Origin: Lingula anatina
Lineage: Eukaryota; Animalia; Brachiopoda
Length of the DNA stretch: 64,000 nucleotides
Reading direction: 5' to 3'
Assembly (NCBI GenBank): GCA_051362555.1
Contig: CM120648.1
Coordinates: 2,581,721-2,645,720, forward strand
A program made the position numbers and the translations under genes. The stretch's first letter is position 1, and every line of letters starts with the position of its first letter. Shown one piece after another: positions 53,401 to 64,000 of the stretch. The notes under the pieces were generated by a model. It saw nothing but the letters and a program-made list of their open reading frames with translations, searched no databases and had not been told where the DNA came from.

Positions 53401-55118
53401 TCAACCCTTCAATGATATGCTTCCTAGATAGACCCTTCTCCGTCTCCGCCCTAGAAAACACAAGATTCTATTTTACCATGGCCATGTACATGTAACAGAA
53501 CAGTTTAAATCACATCATCATTTCATTTATATAATAAATCATTTCTAATAAGTGGTCAAGCATATAGGATTTTGGAGATGTCCCAAACAAGTTTGAACTA
53601 ATATGGGTTGCATCTTCTAGGTTCATGTATTGGAGGCATGGGGTGACTGTTGGACTGTGTCTTTTTCATTCATAACAAAAAGATCTTCACCAAATCTGCT
53701 GCATTATTAATAACAGATATAGCAGTAGCTGTGATAACTTACTTTCCTCCCCAAAATATCTTTGTACTGATTATATAACTGGAACGCCTGAAAGGAAAAA
53801 TAGATAACAAAAATTATTCATATTAGGAATACACTACTACTAAATAGTATAGATAATTTTAAAGAGGGGGGGGGGGGGGCAGTAAAAAACAATAAAAGTC
53901 CTTGCCTTGCCTTATGTCTATATGTGTATTTTATTCATTTTTCTGATGCAAAGGAAAGATGGAATAACCCCCCCCCCCCCAATTAAGGAGTGCTTTTCTT
54001 TGCCATTTCTAACCTCTCGCTCCAGGGCCGTTTGCTTCCCCCATGAATCCACATGAACTAATGTGATCAGAGTTCACCAGTTATTTCTGACTACACAAAT
54101 TACGTGGTACCTCAACAACATGTTGGCAAAGTAAAGGGCTCTAGCTTCAGGTATTCAGCTTGCTTACAAAAATAGACCCCACAGCCAAGGGGCACAGCAG
54201 TGATGTTACATAAGACATAGGCATATGGTATACATATATATGTACATATATACATAAACAGGTTGATGAAAATAACTAGAACGTCAGATGAGGTAATAAT
54301 TATTATATAATATAATAAATAATAATATTATTAACTGTATTTATTTGAACTTTTCAATGGGGGAAAATATGAATTTCATAGATATTGCTTTTTTTTAGTC
54401 ACAGTTACTTTAAAAAAAAATATTCCTAAGGAGAAAGGGAAAAAAATCCATCCCTGTTGATGAAGAGTGTACGGAGCAAAAGAAAAGCTTTGCTCTCAGA
54501 AGATAAAATGACGACAAAACACTCACCTCCAACCTTTTTTCTTCAATATTTTACCAAGCACTATTTCCGCTCTGGAATAAAACAATGAAGTAATCATTGA
54601 AAAATTTTTCAATGTTTGTGGGATTCAAAAATGAAAAAAATAAATAAAATAAAATAAAATTAAGTAATTCATTGAATCTGATAATGCAACCTTCACTATA
54701 TCTTCATTTCACTCCAAGTTATTTGAACATTAAATATAAATGTTTCAGTCAATTTTACACTTTCTCAGTTATACACTATGGTATTTTACATTATTATTTA
54801 GTGCATATATAACTTGAACATGATCATAATATGATCATAATTGGCTCTCCCTGAGTTAAAGATACTACTTCTTTACTGTCTGGCACTTTGCCAAGTTCAT
54901 TAAATGACAGTATCGTGACCTACTTTCCACCGGCATACACCTCAGCAGTATCGAAAACATTTATTCCACTGTCATAGGCCAACGTCACCATTTCCTCCGC
55001 CATCTGTAAGTGAACAGAATGTTGTTCAACTCAGTATTTCATAAGAGAGACTGGAAATTTGTGTGACAAGTGCTTGGCGAAAAATATCACGATGCGCGCG
55101 CGCGTACACACACACACA

Positions 55119-55163
<45 letters not shown>

Positions 55164-55172
55164 ACACACACA

Positions 55173-55216
<44 letters not shown>

Positions 55217-58200
55217 TCCAATTTGGCAAAGGTAAATTTTTATCAATTCACCAATTTTCATCAAATTCACCTCTGACAAACCAGTTAAAATGTCAGATTT
55301 GTCTAAAATATAGCAGCTATTTTCCCCCTCGGAAATTTCAACCTAGAGTAAGCTAGACCTGGTATTGGTAGAACATTATCCTGGGAAACATTTCCAGAAT
55401 TTCCAGGTAATTCCTTCAGGTGATCCACGCTATGATTAAAGGGCTAAGCAAGTGTACCTACATAGTACACACCAGCTGATAGCATGTCTATTGGAGAACA
55501 GATTCATGTCTTAGATAGCACAAACAGGGGAAACGAGATGACCCAAAAGCATGGGACATTTTATTAATCTCGACACATTACGGGACTGTGTAGGCTTGAA
55601 CTTGATTTTTATGTGGGGTTAAGAAAAATGTCTGCCAGAATGGCTGGATCTGTTTCTGCCAGGAAGCTGGTAATTCATAGTAAACTATAAAGCCTGAAAG
55701 AGCCAGTATATTATAATATCAGGTGTGTGTGTGTGTAGGGGGGTGGGGGGTGGGGGTGAAGGGCGCAAGTAAAATTTTATTTCAAGCTAAGGAGCAGGGC
55801 TTCATGTGGCAGAGCCACAATGTTTTTATCATTATTATATTTTTTTAAAATTTGTGATCATTATCTCTAACTACATTTTTCTAAGTTGTTTCTCATTTCA
55901 CAAGGTGAGCTGCAAGACCAAATATCAGCCAGCCATCCAGGCACAGAAATGAATCTTTTGAATTGGCTGTTATACATATATATATCTGACACAAGATATG
56001 ACTGAAGCTAACAGCCTTTAGCTACTGCACAGTGATACATATTTCACAAACATCACATCACATGAGAGGAAAATGATCAATTGATCACAGGCACCAGGGT
56101 TCTCATGATCTGAACACAGAAATGGTTTCTTAGGACAGGTTCAGATTCACACATCGCACTAGATGGGGCGGTCCAACTCTGCAGGGGATTCTTGCTAAAG
56201 TGCAATCGGTAGAATCAGCTTAATTAACACGAGATAGTTAATTACCCCGTAGCTGACTGAGGAGGCATGTCAGACAATTAAGCTCATTCCACTGATTGCA
56301 CTTTAGCCCCCACCCCCGACAGAGTTAGATTGACCCAGCTAGTACAATTTGTGAATCTGAATGCGGTCTAAGTCTGGCATTGTGCCAATATATATATAGT
56401 AACAGGTGCTTGCCTTCAATATACTGATACTTTTTACACATCTGAAACACTTCTCTGGTCTTTCAGATACAAGAACATGAAAAACAAGAACTATATTTAG
56501 TAAAAGATGCTTTTTATAGTACTTTGTTATCAATTCTGTTTTCACTTAAAAGAGTTTTTAGTAGTTTAGAAATAAAATAAAAATTCGAACTTCCCTATTT
56601 ACTAGTTAGTTCATAGCTTAATTCACCTGTTACTATGACAACATACCTCATCTGTGATCTGTGCTCCAAATGTCACCCATGTTCCTGAAAACAAGCAAAA
56701 AAATAAATAAACCAACAAACAAATAAAAAAACCAACAAATAAATAAATAATTTAATTAGAATATCAAATTATCAATTTTTCTCATTTATTTTCATTTACT
56801 GTTGATGCACTTTTGATTTAAGTGACTCAAATGATACTCTGTACTGGTAACATCATGGACATAGCATCTCACTGAGAATTTATTCTCCACTGACGATCTC
56901 ATAACGTGACCAAATGTGCCATGATTTTTTTGACATATAAAATCAATTTGTGAACAGATTTCCAACTTCTGAAAACTACCATGTGCCACCACTATACTCT
57001 GAGTGCTGGCATTTCACAGTATAGTCTGGACCCAGCATAGAAATATTGATTGTTTCATGGGGTGGATTTACACAAGACTTGGGTCAGTCCTACTTAGCAC
57101 GGCCCTTCACTGCAGTTTGTGTCCTTAGGCTAAGTTAACCACCGAATTCTTTAAATGTAAACACACTTTTTTTTAACTTACCTAGTCCAACATTTGAAAC
57201 CTTCAGGCCTGACTTGCCTAGGTTTCTGAAAACGATGATATATATATAATACTTTAAAACTGGAGCACAATATTTAACATCCCATGCATATGACTGGTAA
57301 AATAACATATACTTTCCTAGTTTTCTGAAAACAATTATCTAAATACATAAAGGACAACTGAAGTCAAGGCACATATTAAGGATAATATTCTTGGTATTTT
57401 GAACTTTTTACAATAAATGTGAATCTTCTGAGAAAGTACAAATTCATAACTTAATATATAAAATCAAGTGAGAGTTTGCAGGATTTGGAGGAAAGTGGGG
57501 CCCAAAATAATAGCAGTTCGAGCATGAGGTGAAACAATGAACAAATGCTGACAAATTTTATCCATGGATATTTTTATCTTTTCCAAAGCAATGTTATCAC
57601 TTTCATTTTTCTGTTTTTTCTTGTCCTCAAAAAGTTTCGGATGGATTTTCCTGAAATTTTTAGGATAGCAAAAATACTTAAATAAAATCAAAATTTCTTA
57701 TATAAATATATATTAACATTTCCAATCATTTAGATTCAATACTAGTAGAACACTGCAGGTATTTAGAATGGTACTAAAAGGGAAAAAAACATGCCTATCC
57801 ACAGAAAAACAAGCTGGCTTAAATGTCAGTTTACGCTAACTGTTTAACAAAAATCATGTTCGAAAGCGCCAAGTTTTCTTAACCCTGATGAAGGTCACTG
57901 GAAACCATTTGAAACCTGGTCTTCAACGTAATGAGAAAACTCCCGTATCTCAACTGGCACACGCCTCAGGATAATTGGGAATGCTAACAATCTGCACAGA
58001 CAAGTGCTGGAAATAATCTGGTCAAATTTTCCCCTATCTTCTCTTGCAGTGAGCATAATTTGTGGCCTCCTGAAGCTTCCTGGAATCCTATCGTGGGATA
58101 ATTAGATATTACCAAGAATTTTGATTCAAGCTGGTCCATGCTGTATTGCCACATTATACATGAGCCCCGGAAATAGCTGGCTATTGACTTCACCTTTCTA

Positions 58201-61200
58201 AACATTAACAGATGTTTAAAAAATACTAGAATTCTTTCTTATATGTTAAAATAAGCAAAACTGCAATTACCAAGACATAAAATTCCAAGTGATCCGAGCA
58301 GTTAAAGCAAAATGTACAGTTTGCCAAGATTCAATCGCTGAAATGAGGTTTCTGAGTAGTAAAGTGAAACATAATAGATATATTTCTTTGAAGATCTAAT
58401 AGGAATTCCATTTACCATATTCCAAATGATCAATGACCAAATGATCAGGTTCCCACATTTCAGAGGCAGAATTTGCTAAGCAAACATTAGTTTTCCAAGG
58501 TGAAATTATATTTCTGTGCAAAAAGTAATGTAGCTCATGAAGGTCAAATTCCAGGAAAATCCCACTATAAGCTAATTATTACTACAAAGACTACATCAGC
58601 TACAGTCTATGAAACACCTATGGAGAGTGAAACAGTAAATATTGCTATAAAAATCAATTCCTATTAATGATGTATCAAGTAATAATTTTTTTTCAAAGGC
58701 AATATAATATATATATTGTTTTTTATCTCTTTCTCAAACTGCCGTAGTAGCAAAATACTCATGTACAGGAGAAAACATGCATGCATGCCCACACTCAAAC
58801 ATGCACACACATGCAGGTATGCATGCAGATCCACAAATATATAATCTCTTATGTAGAAAAATTTTAACAAGTCAACTGTCTTAACCATTCACCTGTAAAA
58901 AGATAGTTGCTTCTTTTTTGCAGCAGAATATTCAAAGAGAGACTCCAGAAATCGGCTCATTTTGACAACCTCAGAAGGCATTTAGGAATATCCAACAGCC
59001 ACCATACAAGTCCCCTTTTCGTTACATTCAACCCCTGATTGGTTTGTTTACTTATAGGAAACAACACAGTATTTTCTAGATACTCCTATTATCATATGTC
59101 TGTGAACACAGAAATTCCAATTGTTATTTTTCTTCAAACACAGAAATTCCAATTGTAATATATGTCTTCAAACACAACAAATCCTATGTTTTATGTCTTG
59201 AAATACAGAAAATTCTATTGTTATTTATAGTGAAACACAGCAATTCCAATTGTTATACGTCTTCAGACACAAGTATCCAATTGTTACATGTCTATGAACA
59301 CAGCGCATTGTCCATATTCAGCATACTAAGAAAAGTGAATAAGTGGTGTCCACAAACCAATAAATCTAGCAAACAGCTTATTTGTTACCAAATTTACAGG
59401 AAAAAAAAGGATCAGATATCTGAAGTCTTCTTTCACCCAGTACCACCAGCTTCTTTAGCGTTTGGTGAAAAGCTCCACCAGTAATGTGAGTTTCAAACCA
59501 GGCTGAGTGAGACGGGGTCTGTTATTGGTTGGTAGCAGTGCTGTATCTTCCACAGCTGAGGTTCCTGGTGGATTTCCTCATGTCTACAAGACGCATTCAC
59601 ACGGGATCACTGCAGACTGACTTGAGTCTTAAATTTAAACATAGCATCTAACAACAAGTGTCTTTCAACATGGATTAACGGGAATTATCAAATACATTGG
59701 GAAAAATCTTATTTTCCAAACTCATGTTTTGTTTTAAAGTCCTCAATCGATTTAAAAACTATGGTATTAAATACTAGCGAGGTCTAGGTCTGATAAGTTA
59801 GCAGGTCCTTTTTAGGTGATTAACTTAAAATTCAATCTCAAAACAATAAAATACCGTTAAAAATTTCTCTGAACTTCCCATCAATCTCAAATTCAATGGT
59901 AGCTCTATGATATGGGTAAATAAAATGCTTCCTTCACAGATTTTTGAGCTAAAGCAGTCTCAGACCTAGAGTGAACATGTCTTATTACTTACGTTATGAA
60001 CTCAGTCAATAAATGTTACGAACAGGTGGTGAAAGTGTGGCTACAGCTCTAATACGTGCCACGTAATGTGATTATATACCCTATATATTGAATAATATTG
60101 GCCCAATTAAAATCCTATACATTGAGTAATATTTTACTGATAGAATAAAATCTTCCACACATACACATCAGAGCCTTTTTCCCCAGACTGTATTAACAGT
60201 TTTTTCTTCACAAGTGACACCATATGCATACAAATATTACCAGTTAAGAAATATTTGAAGACTTGGAGAAAACTCCATACTAGTAAATGTGGTTCAATTA
60301 GATAATCTTATAGTACCCCAGTTGCACACAAGTATGTCAATACATCGTAATTCCCTTTAAATTTGTGTTATTTTCTTCAGGCCTGGAATTGCCTGTAAGT
60401 ATAAACACCAATTAAGACAGATTGCAGTTCAAAATGAAAATTCAACACAAATAAAAATCGTAAGTTTCATAATGGAAGATAGCAACTTACAATGCAACTG
60501 ATCCAACTTGGATAATCTACATCGACCTTACAAAAATCAAAATGCATTAAACTCTGTGTGGTGCTGTTAATACGTGCCTACTAGCAAGTCCAGATTGAAA
60601 TCTTCTCCCATCATTTGCCGTTATGGATCTTGGTGACAGGTAACTCAATATTTTTCGCTTGTCTGTTTTACTTACAAAACCAGTCACTTCTAACACTTTA
60701 TCTATGTGCTGTATTAAACGTATATATTATAACTTGATAGTTGATACAATTGCCCCTCTTCCACCTTTTGCACTAGCCAGAGTATTGTCTCTGTATCAGT
60801 GTAAGTCCCCTGTTAGAGAGATTACACATTGTGAACACTCCCAATCAGGGGTTTCCCCAGGATATGGAGTACTAGTACATGGATTCCTAAGAATTTTGGT
60901 CATCAATTTACAGGGAGTCCAACTACAAAAATACTGTCACCCCCCCCCCAAAAAAAAAATTCATAAGCCCTCCAGCCATTTTTGAAAAGGTAGGCCATCC
61001 TTTGAGCCCAGAGGCCTTCTACATGATGGCAGGACGGCTCCCTGGGAACAACCTAGCTCCCGATAAAATGATATATTTTATAATTCACACTAGCTGTCTG
61101 GTCATGCAGGAACCCCAGCAGGTCTCTAGAGGTCTCCAGCACACTGCCGTGTGATCAATTACTGCTGACAGTTAGATCATTCTTCCTTTTACATGAACAG

Positions 61201-63197
61201 TCATCTTCCCATTACTGTCTGTTGTATCTCCCTAACCTGTCTGGTCACATATGAAAGCCCATAAAACACTGACTGTGATGACAGAAAGAATAGTTGAATA
61301 TAAAACCTTCTAAAACGCTGTACTAATACGCATGTTACCACTTCTCCAAGGTGTCTCCTCTGATACAATATATATAGCTTTTCACAGCCAGTGATGAAAT
61401 ACAAAATAAAATCCTACAAAATTGTTGTGTACATAAAGCAAACCATAATGGAATAATGAGATTAAAAAAAAAAAAAAAAGCCCCCTAGCCCATCTGTGGA
61501 GTATTTCAGTCTCATTCATTCACTTCACTATCTGCATGGTATGAATGAAAATTTCTCCACACTGTCGTCTGCGGGCATGTCTTCCCAACTAAGACATGAT
61601 GATGGAAACATTCCCAGAGCATGCTGTAGACACCATCCACCATGCCTGAACTCACATTCTGTTCTCTAAAAGGTCAGTTTACACTAAGGGAATCAGCACA
61701 GCCCCACTGCTGCAACCTAAGAGTGATCACAAAATTTGAAACTTTTTTTAACCTTCACAGTTTCAAGCTGAACACAATTGTTCTTTTCTTTTATTCTCAT
61801 ACATACCAGTTCAATTTTTATTACAAAATACCAATGAACAGTACTGAGCCCTTTGATGAATTTTTTTCCTTTGCCAATTATTAAACACAAAAGCCTAAGC
61901 CCAGTAACTAGTGATAAAAAACCATGCAAAGTTACTCAAAACCAGTGCAAACCAGGCATGCTTCAGAACTGAACCAGGATTTGATAAGTGTAAACCAACC
62001 TATAAAACATGCACCTGCAGGTACAAATAAAAAGTTTTTTGGCTGTTGGTTCTGGCTTCCCGCTGAGAGTTAACATATCAGACAATCTCTGTTTCTTGTT
62101 GTATAAACACCCAGGTGATAGCCGCAGGTGAAACAGAGCAGAGGAATGAGCTTTATGTGCCAGCTTAGTACACGTATGATCAGAGAGACGGCTGCAGGAC
62201 TGGGTGGGAGAGCTACAAGGTTATGTCTGACAACGACCCCAATGTTTTTCTTCTTCCACTACACCCTGATAAAACACCGACCCTAACAACTATGAGCTGC
62301 TGTACAAGGTGGTGTCTGACATTGACCCCAATGTTTTTCTCTCTCTAATTCTCCTACATCCAGATAATTCACTCTGATTCTGACAACTTTGAACTTCTAT
62401 CTTAATATTTGTTAGCGTGTGTTCAAATGGCTCGATCACTTCTCCAGACATGAGCCTAGGTTATAAAAAAAACCTTGGAACATTTTTCATGGGACCCAAC
62501 ACCTAACCTTGACGAATCTCAGGAACCATCAGAATTGAATTTAAAAAAGCAGATTTCTGCTTTTCCATAGAAAAAGCTCATGTCTGCTTCTCAATCCTGA
62601 TCTGCTTATCTGAAAGTTGAGAACAATTTTACAGCTCAAAATCTTTGTGAAAATGAAGCCCAGGTACAAAGATGTGATCCAGTACATATTTCTTTCAGCA
62701 CCTCAAATCCTACTACTACAGGATCTAGTGCAGATTTCACACTGTACCTGAGGTCTTATTACTCAATGAGTACTTGATGTCAGGTGCACAATATCAGCTC
62801 AGGTAGATGTGTGTAGATAGAGGACTGGAAATAAAACACACCTGAAGGGGAGGCCTCAGCTCTGCTCTCGTACAGATAGTACTACAATAAAACTAGCTTG
62901 GTAGTTCAAGACTTCTTTCCAATTTTTTAACACACATAATTTTCTTGCACTCAGTATAAAGCAAGAATTTTTTCACTAAATGAAACCACATATTAAAGGG
63001 AACACAAAATTTACAAAGAGATAAACTATGGACTACACAAAGCAGAGAGAGGTAATGACAGATAGTTGATTATAGGGTTGGGGATGGGTGTTTTTTTTTC
63101 TTATTTTCATTTTTACTGTCACCTACCTGTATTGTATTAATGAACTCATTTCGCTGACAGGCAGATAGCTGTAGTATCGGTTGTTGTTCAGAAGCAT
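47229..63197 (-). CDS. KCNAB2: Voltage-gated potassium channel beta subunit (Kv-beta/Hyperkinetic; aldo-keto reductase fold), ~351-352 aa
   Basis: Alternative first exons 63197-63127 or 58960-58893. Core exons: 57225-57182 ([11 protein letters not shown]), 56684-56647 (GTWVTFG), 55003-54924 ([11 protein letters not shown]), 54571-54527, 53787-53743 (STKIFWGG), 53450-53320 ([20 protein letters not shown]), 49295-49210 (MYWGTSRW), 48831-48711 ([14 protein letters not shown]), 48379-48285 ([13 protein letters not shown]), 48015-47895, 47643-47555, 47321-47229 (TGA). Orthology is to the KCNAB family as a whole; the symbol is the customary nearest name. Confidence 0.93.
48985..49200. repeat. Intronic minisatellite, ~17-bp unit (CACACTGTCACASCTAA)
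   Basis: About a dozen degenerate tandem units. Confidence 0.8.
50480..51036. mobile_element. PIF/Harbinger-like MITE containing a nested second inverted-repeat element (50660-50982)
   Basis: Outer: TAA|TGCCCCTATTTCACACAGACCACGAATCC ... GGATTCGTGGTCTATGTGAAATAGGGGTA|TAA. Inner: ACTAGTGGGCTGGATTTGGTCTTAAAGTG ... CACTTTAAGACCAAATCAAGCCCACTAGT. Confidence 0.8.
51997..52086 (-). CDS. Candidate 90-nt cassette exon of Kv-beta
   Basis: Acceptor ttttttttgcacttgcag|AA, donor GAAG|gtacgt, phase 1-1 matching the host intron, open frame (E)[29 protein letters not shown]. Confidence 0.7.
55094..55214. repeat. (CG)n(CA)n microsatellite
   Basis: Directly visible; source of the spurious poly-HT / poly-VC ORFs. 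Confidence 0.95.
56131..56372. mobile_element. ~240-bp MITE-like element
   Basis: TTCAGATTCACA...ACTAG at the left end versus CTAGT...TGTGAATCTGAA at the right end. Confidence 0.55.
58893..58960 (-). CDS. Kv-beta alternative first coding exon (proximal)
   Basis: [22 protein letters not shown](R); phase-2 donor ACAG|gtgaat fits core exon 57225. Confidence 0.7.
59102..59302. repeat. Minisatellite, ~30-33-bp unit (AACACAGAAATTCCAATTGTTA...)
   Basis: About six degenerate tandem units. Confidence 0.75.
63127..63197 (-). CDS. Kv-beta alternative first coding exon (distal)
   Basis: [23 protein letters not shown](R); phase-2 donor ACAG|gtaggt; in-frame stop upstream of the ATG; candidate acceptor near 63261. 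Confidence 0.7.
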
Positions 63198-64000
63198 CCA
63201 GCAATCGAGAGGCAGGCCGTCACCTGGCGTCCTTGTGGGGGGTATGGGTCAAAGGTCACGCCTTAAAAACAATGAATAAAATAAATATATTTCCAGATAT
63301 AACTTTGATCAAACAACACCTAACATATTACAAGTATGGTTTTAAAGATGGAAATATGAGAACTTTCCTTGAATTTTTTTTAGAAATCTAATATATGACC
63401 AATGATCAAAAATAACCACCAGGTGGCAGTGCTCTAACCAAGACAGGCTAGCTGCATGATATTAGGACATAACCTCATTCAGGGGTTTTTCCAGGATTTG
63501 GAGCACAGGGATCCCGATGTGTTGATCTGCACTTTGGTCATGATTTCAGTGTCATGTTCATCTGTCAATCTCATTGCTTTCAGAAAGAGTCCCCATGGAG
63601 TTTGTGCACATTAGCCTGATCCATAAAACTCAATGTGAACAGTCCCTGAGTCAAACATTATAAATGTGGAGAAAATACTTTCAATGTATCAGAGACGACA
63701 ACTGCGCAATCAAGAACAAAACACCCAAAGGCTTTAAAAATATTACATCAATAAATATGATGCACCTTATTACACTGAATTATATTGAATAATTGATGAG
63801 CTCATCCTCCGTAGAATCCATTAACAAGGTGAATTCAATACCTGTTGGGAAAGTGCAGGGCGGTTACAATGCCCGTGTGGTGTTAGACTTACTTAAGTAT
63901 TAATTAGAATAACAAAGAGGAATCACTACTGTTGAGAGGCTGCTGGATTGCCTGGAAGAGCTCAAAGATATTTTTTAAATGAAAGTACAAAATTGGTGAA

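Overview
AT-rich, intron-containing animal (invertebrate, probably lophotrochozoan; the taxon is an inference) genomic DNA. Most short ORF-track entries are noise. By reading GT-AG splice sites and phases by hand I reconstructed six genes: (1) the TM3-to-stop exon of an ETH-receptor-like peptide GPCR (+, 4770-5743); (2) PXYLP1/ACPL2 (-, 14042-16969); (3) head-to-head with it, an uncharacterised 8-exon, 244-aa gene ending in an HbYX-like motif (+, 18666-22418); (4) a MAM-MAM-CUB single-pass protein with a long R-P-x-S/T-rich tail (-, 23820-30561); (5) a 1278-aa TSP1-repeat single-pass protein with a ~1000-aa Thr/Lys/Arg-rich spacer (-, 31695-37708), plus a tandem 4.6-kb duplication giving a truncated, TM-less second copy (39918-44600); (6) a Kv-beta (KCNAB/Hyperkinetic) gene (-, 47229-63197) with two alternative N-terminal exons and a cassette exon. 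The best finding is that the Kv-beta stop codon lies in the canonical readthrough context TGA-CTAG and is followed by 35 open codons ending CVLS-stop. This predicts a readthrough isoform carrying a CaaX prenylation box. Several MITEs and simple repeats are also present.
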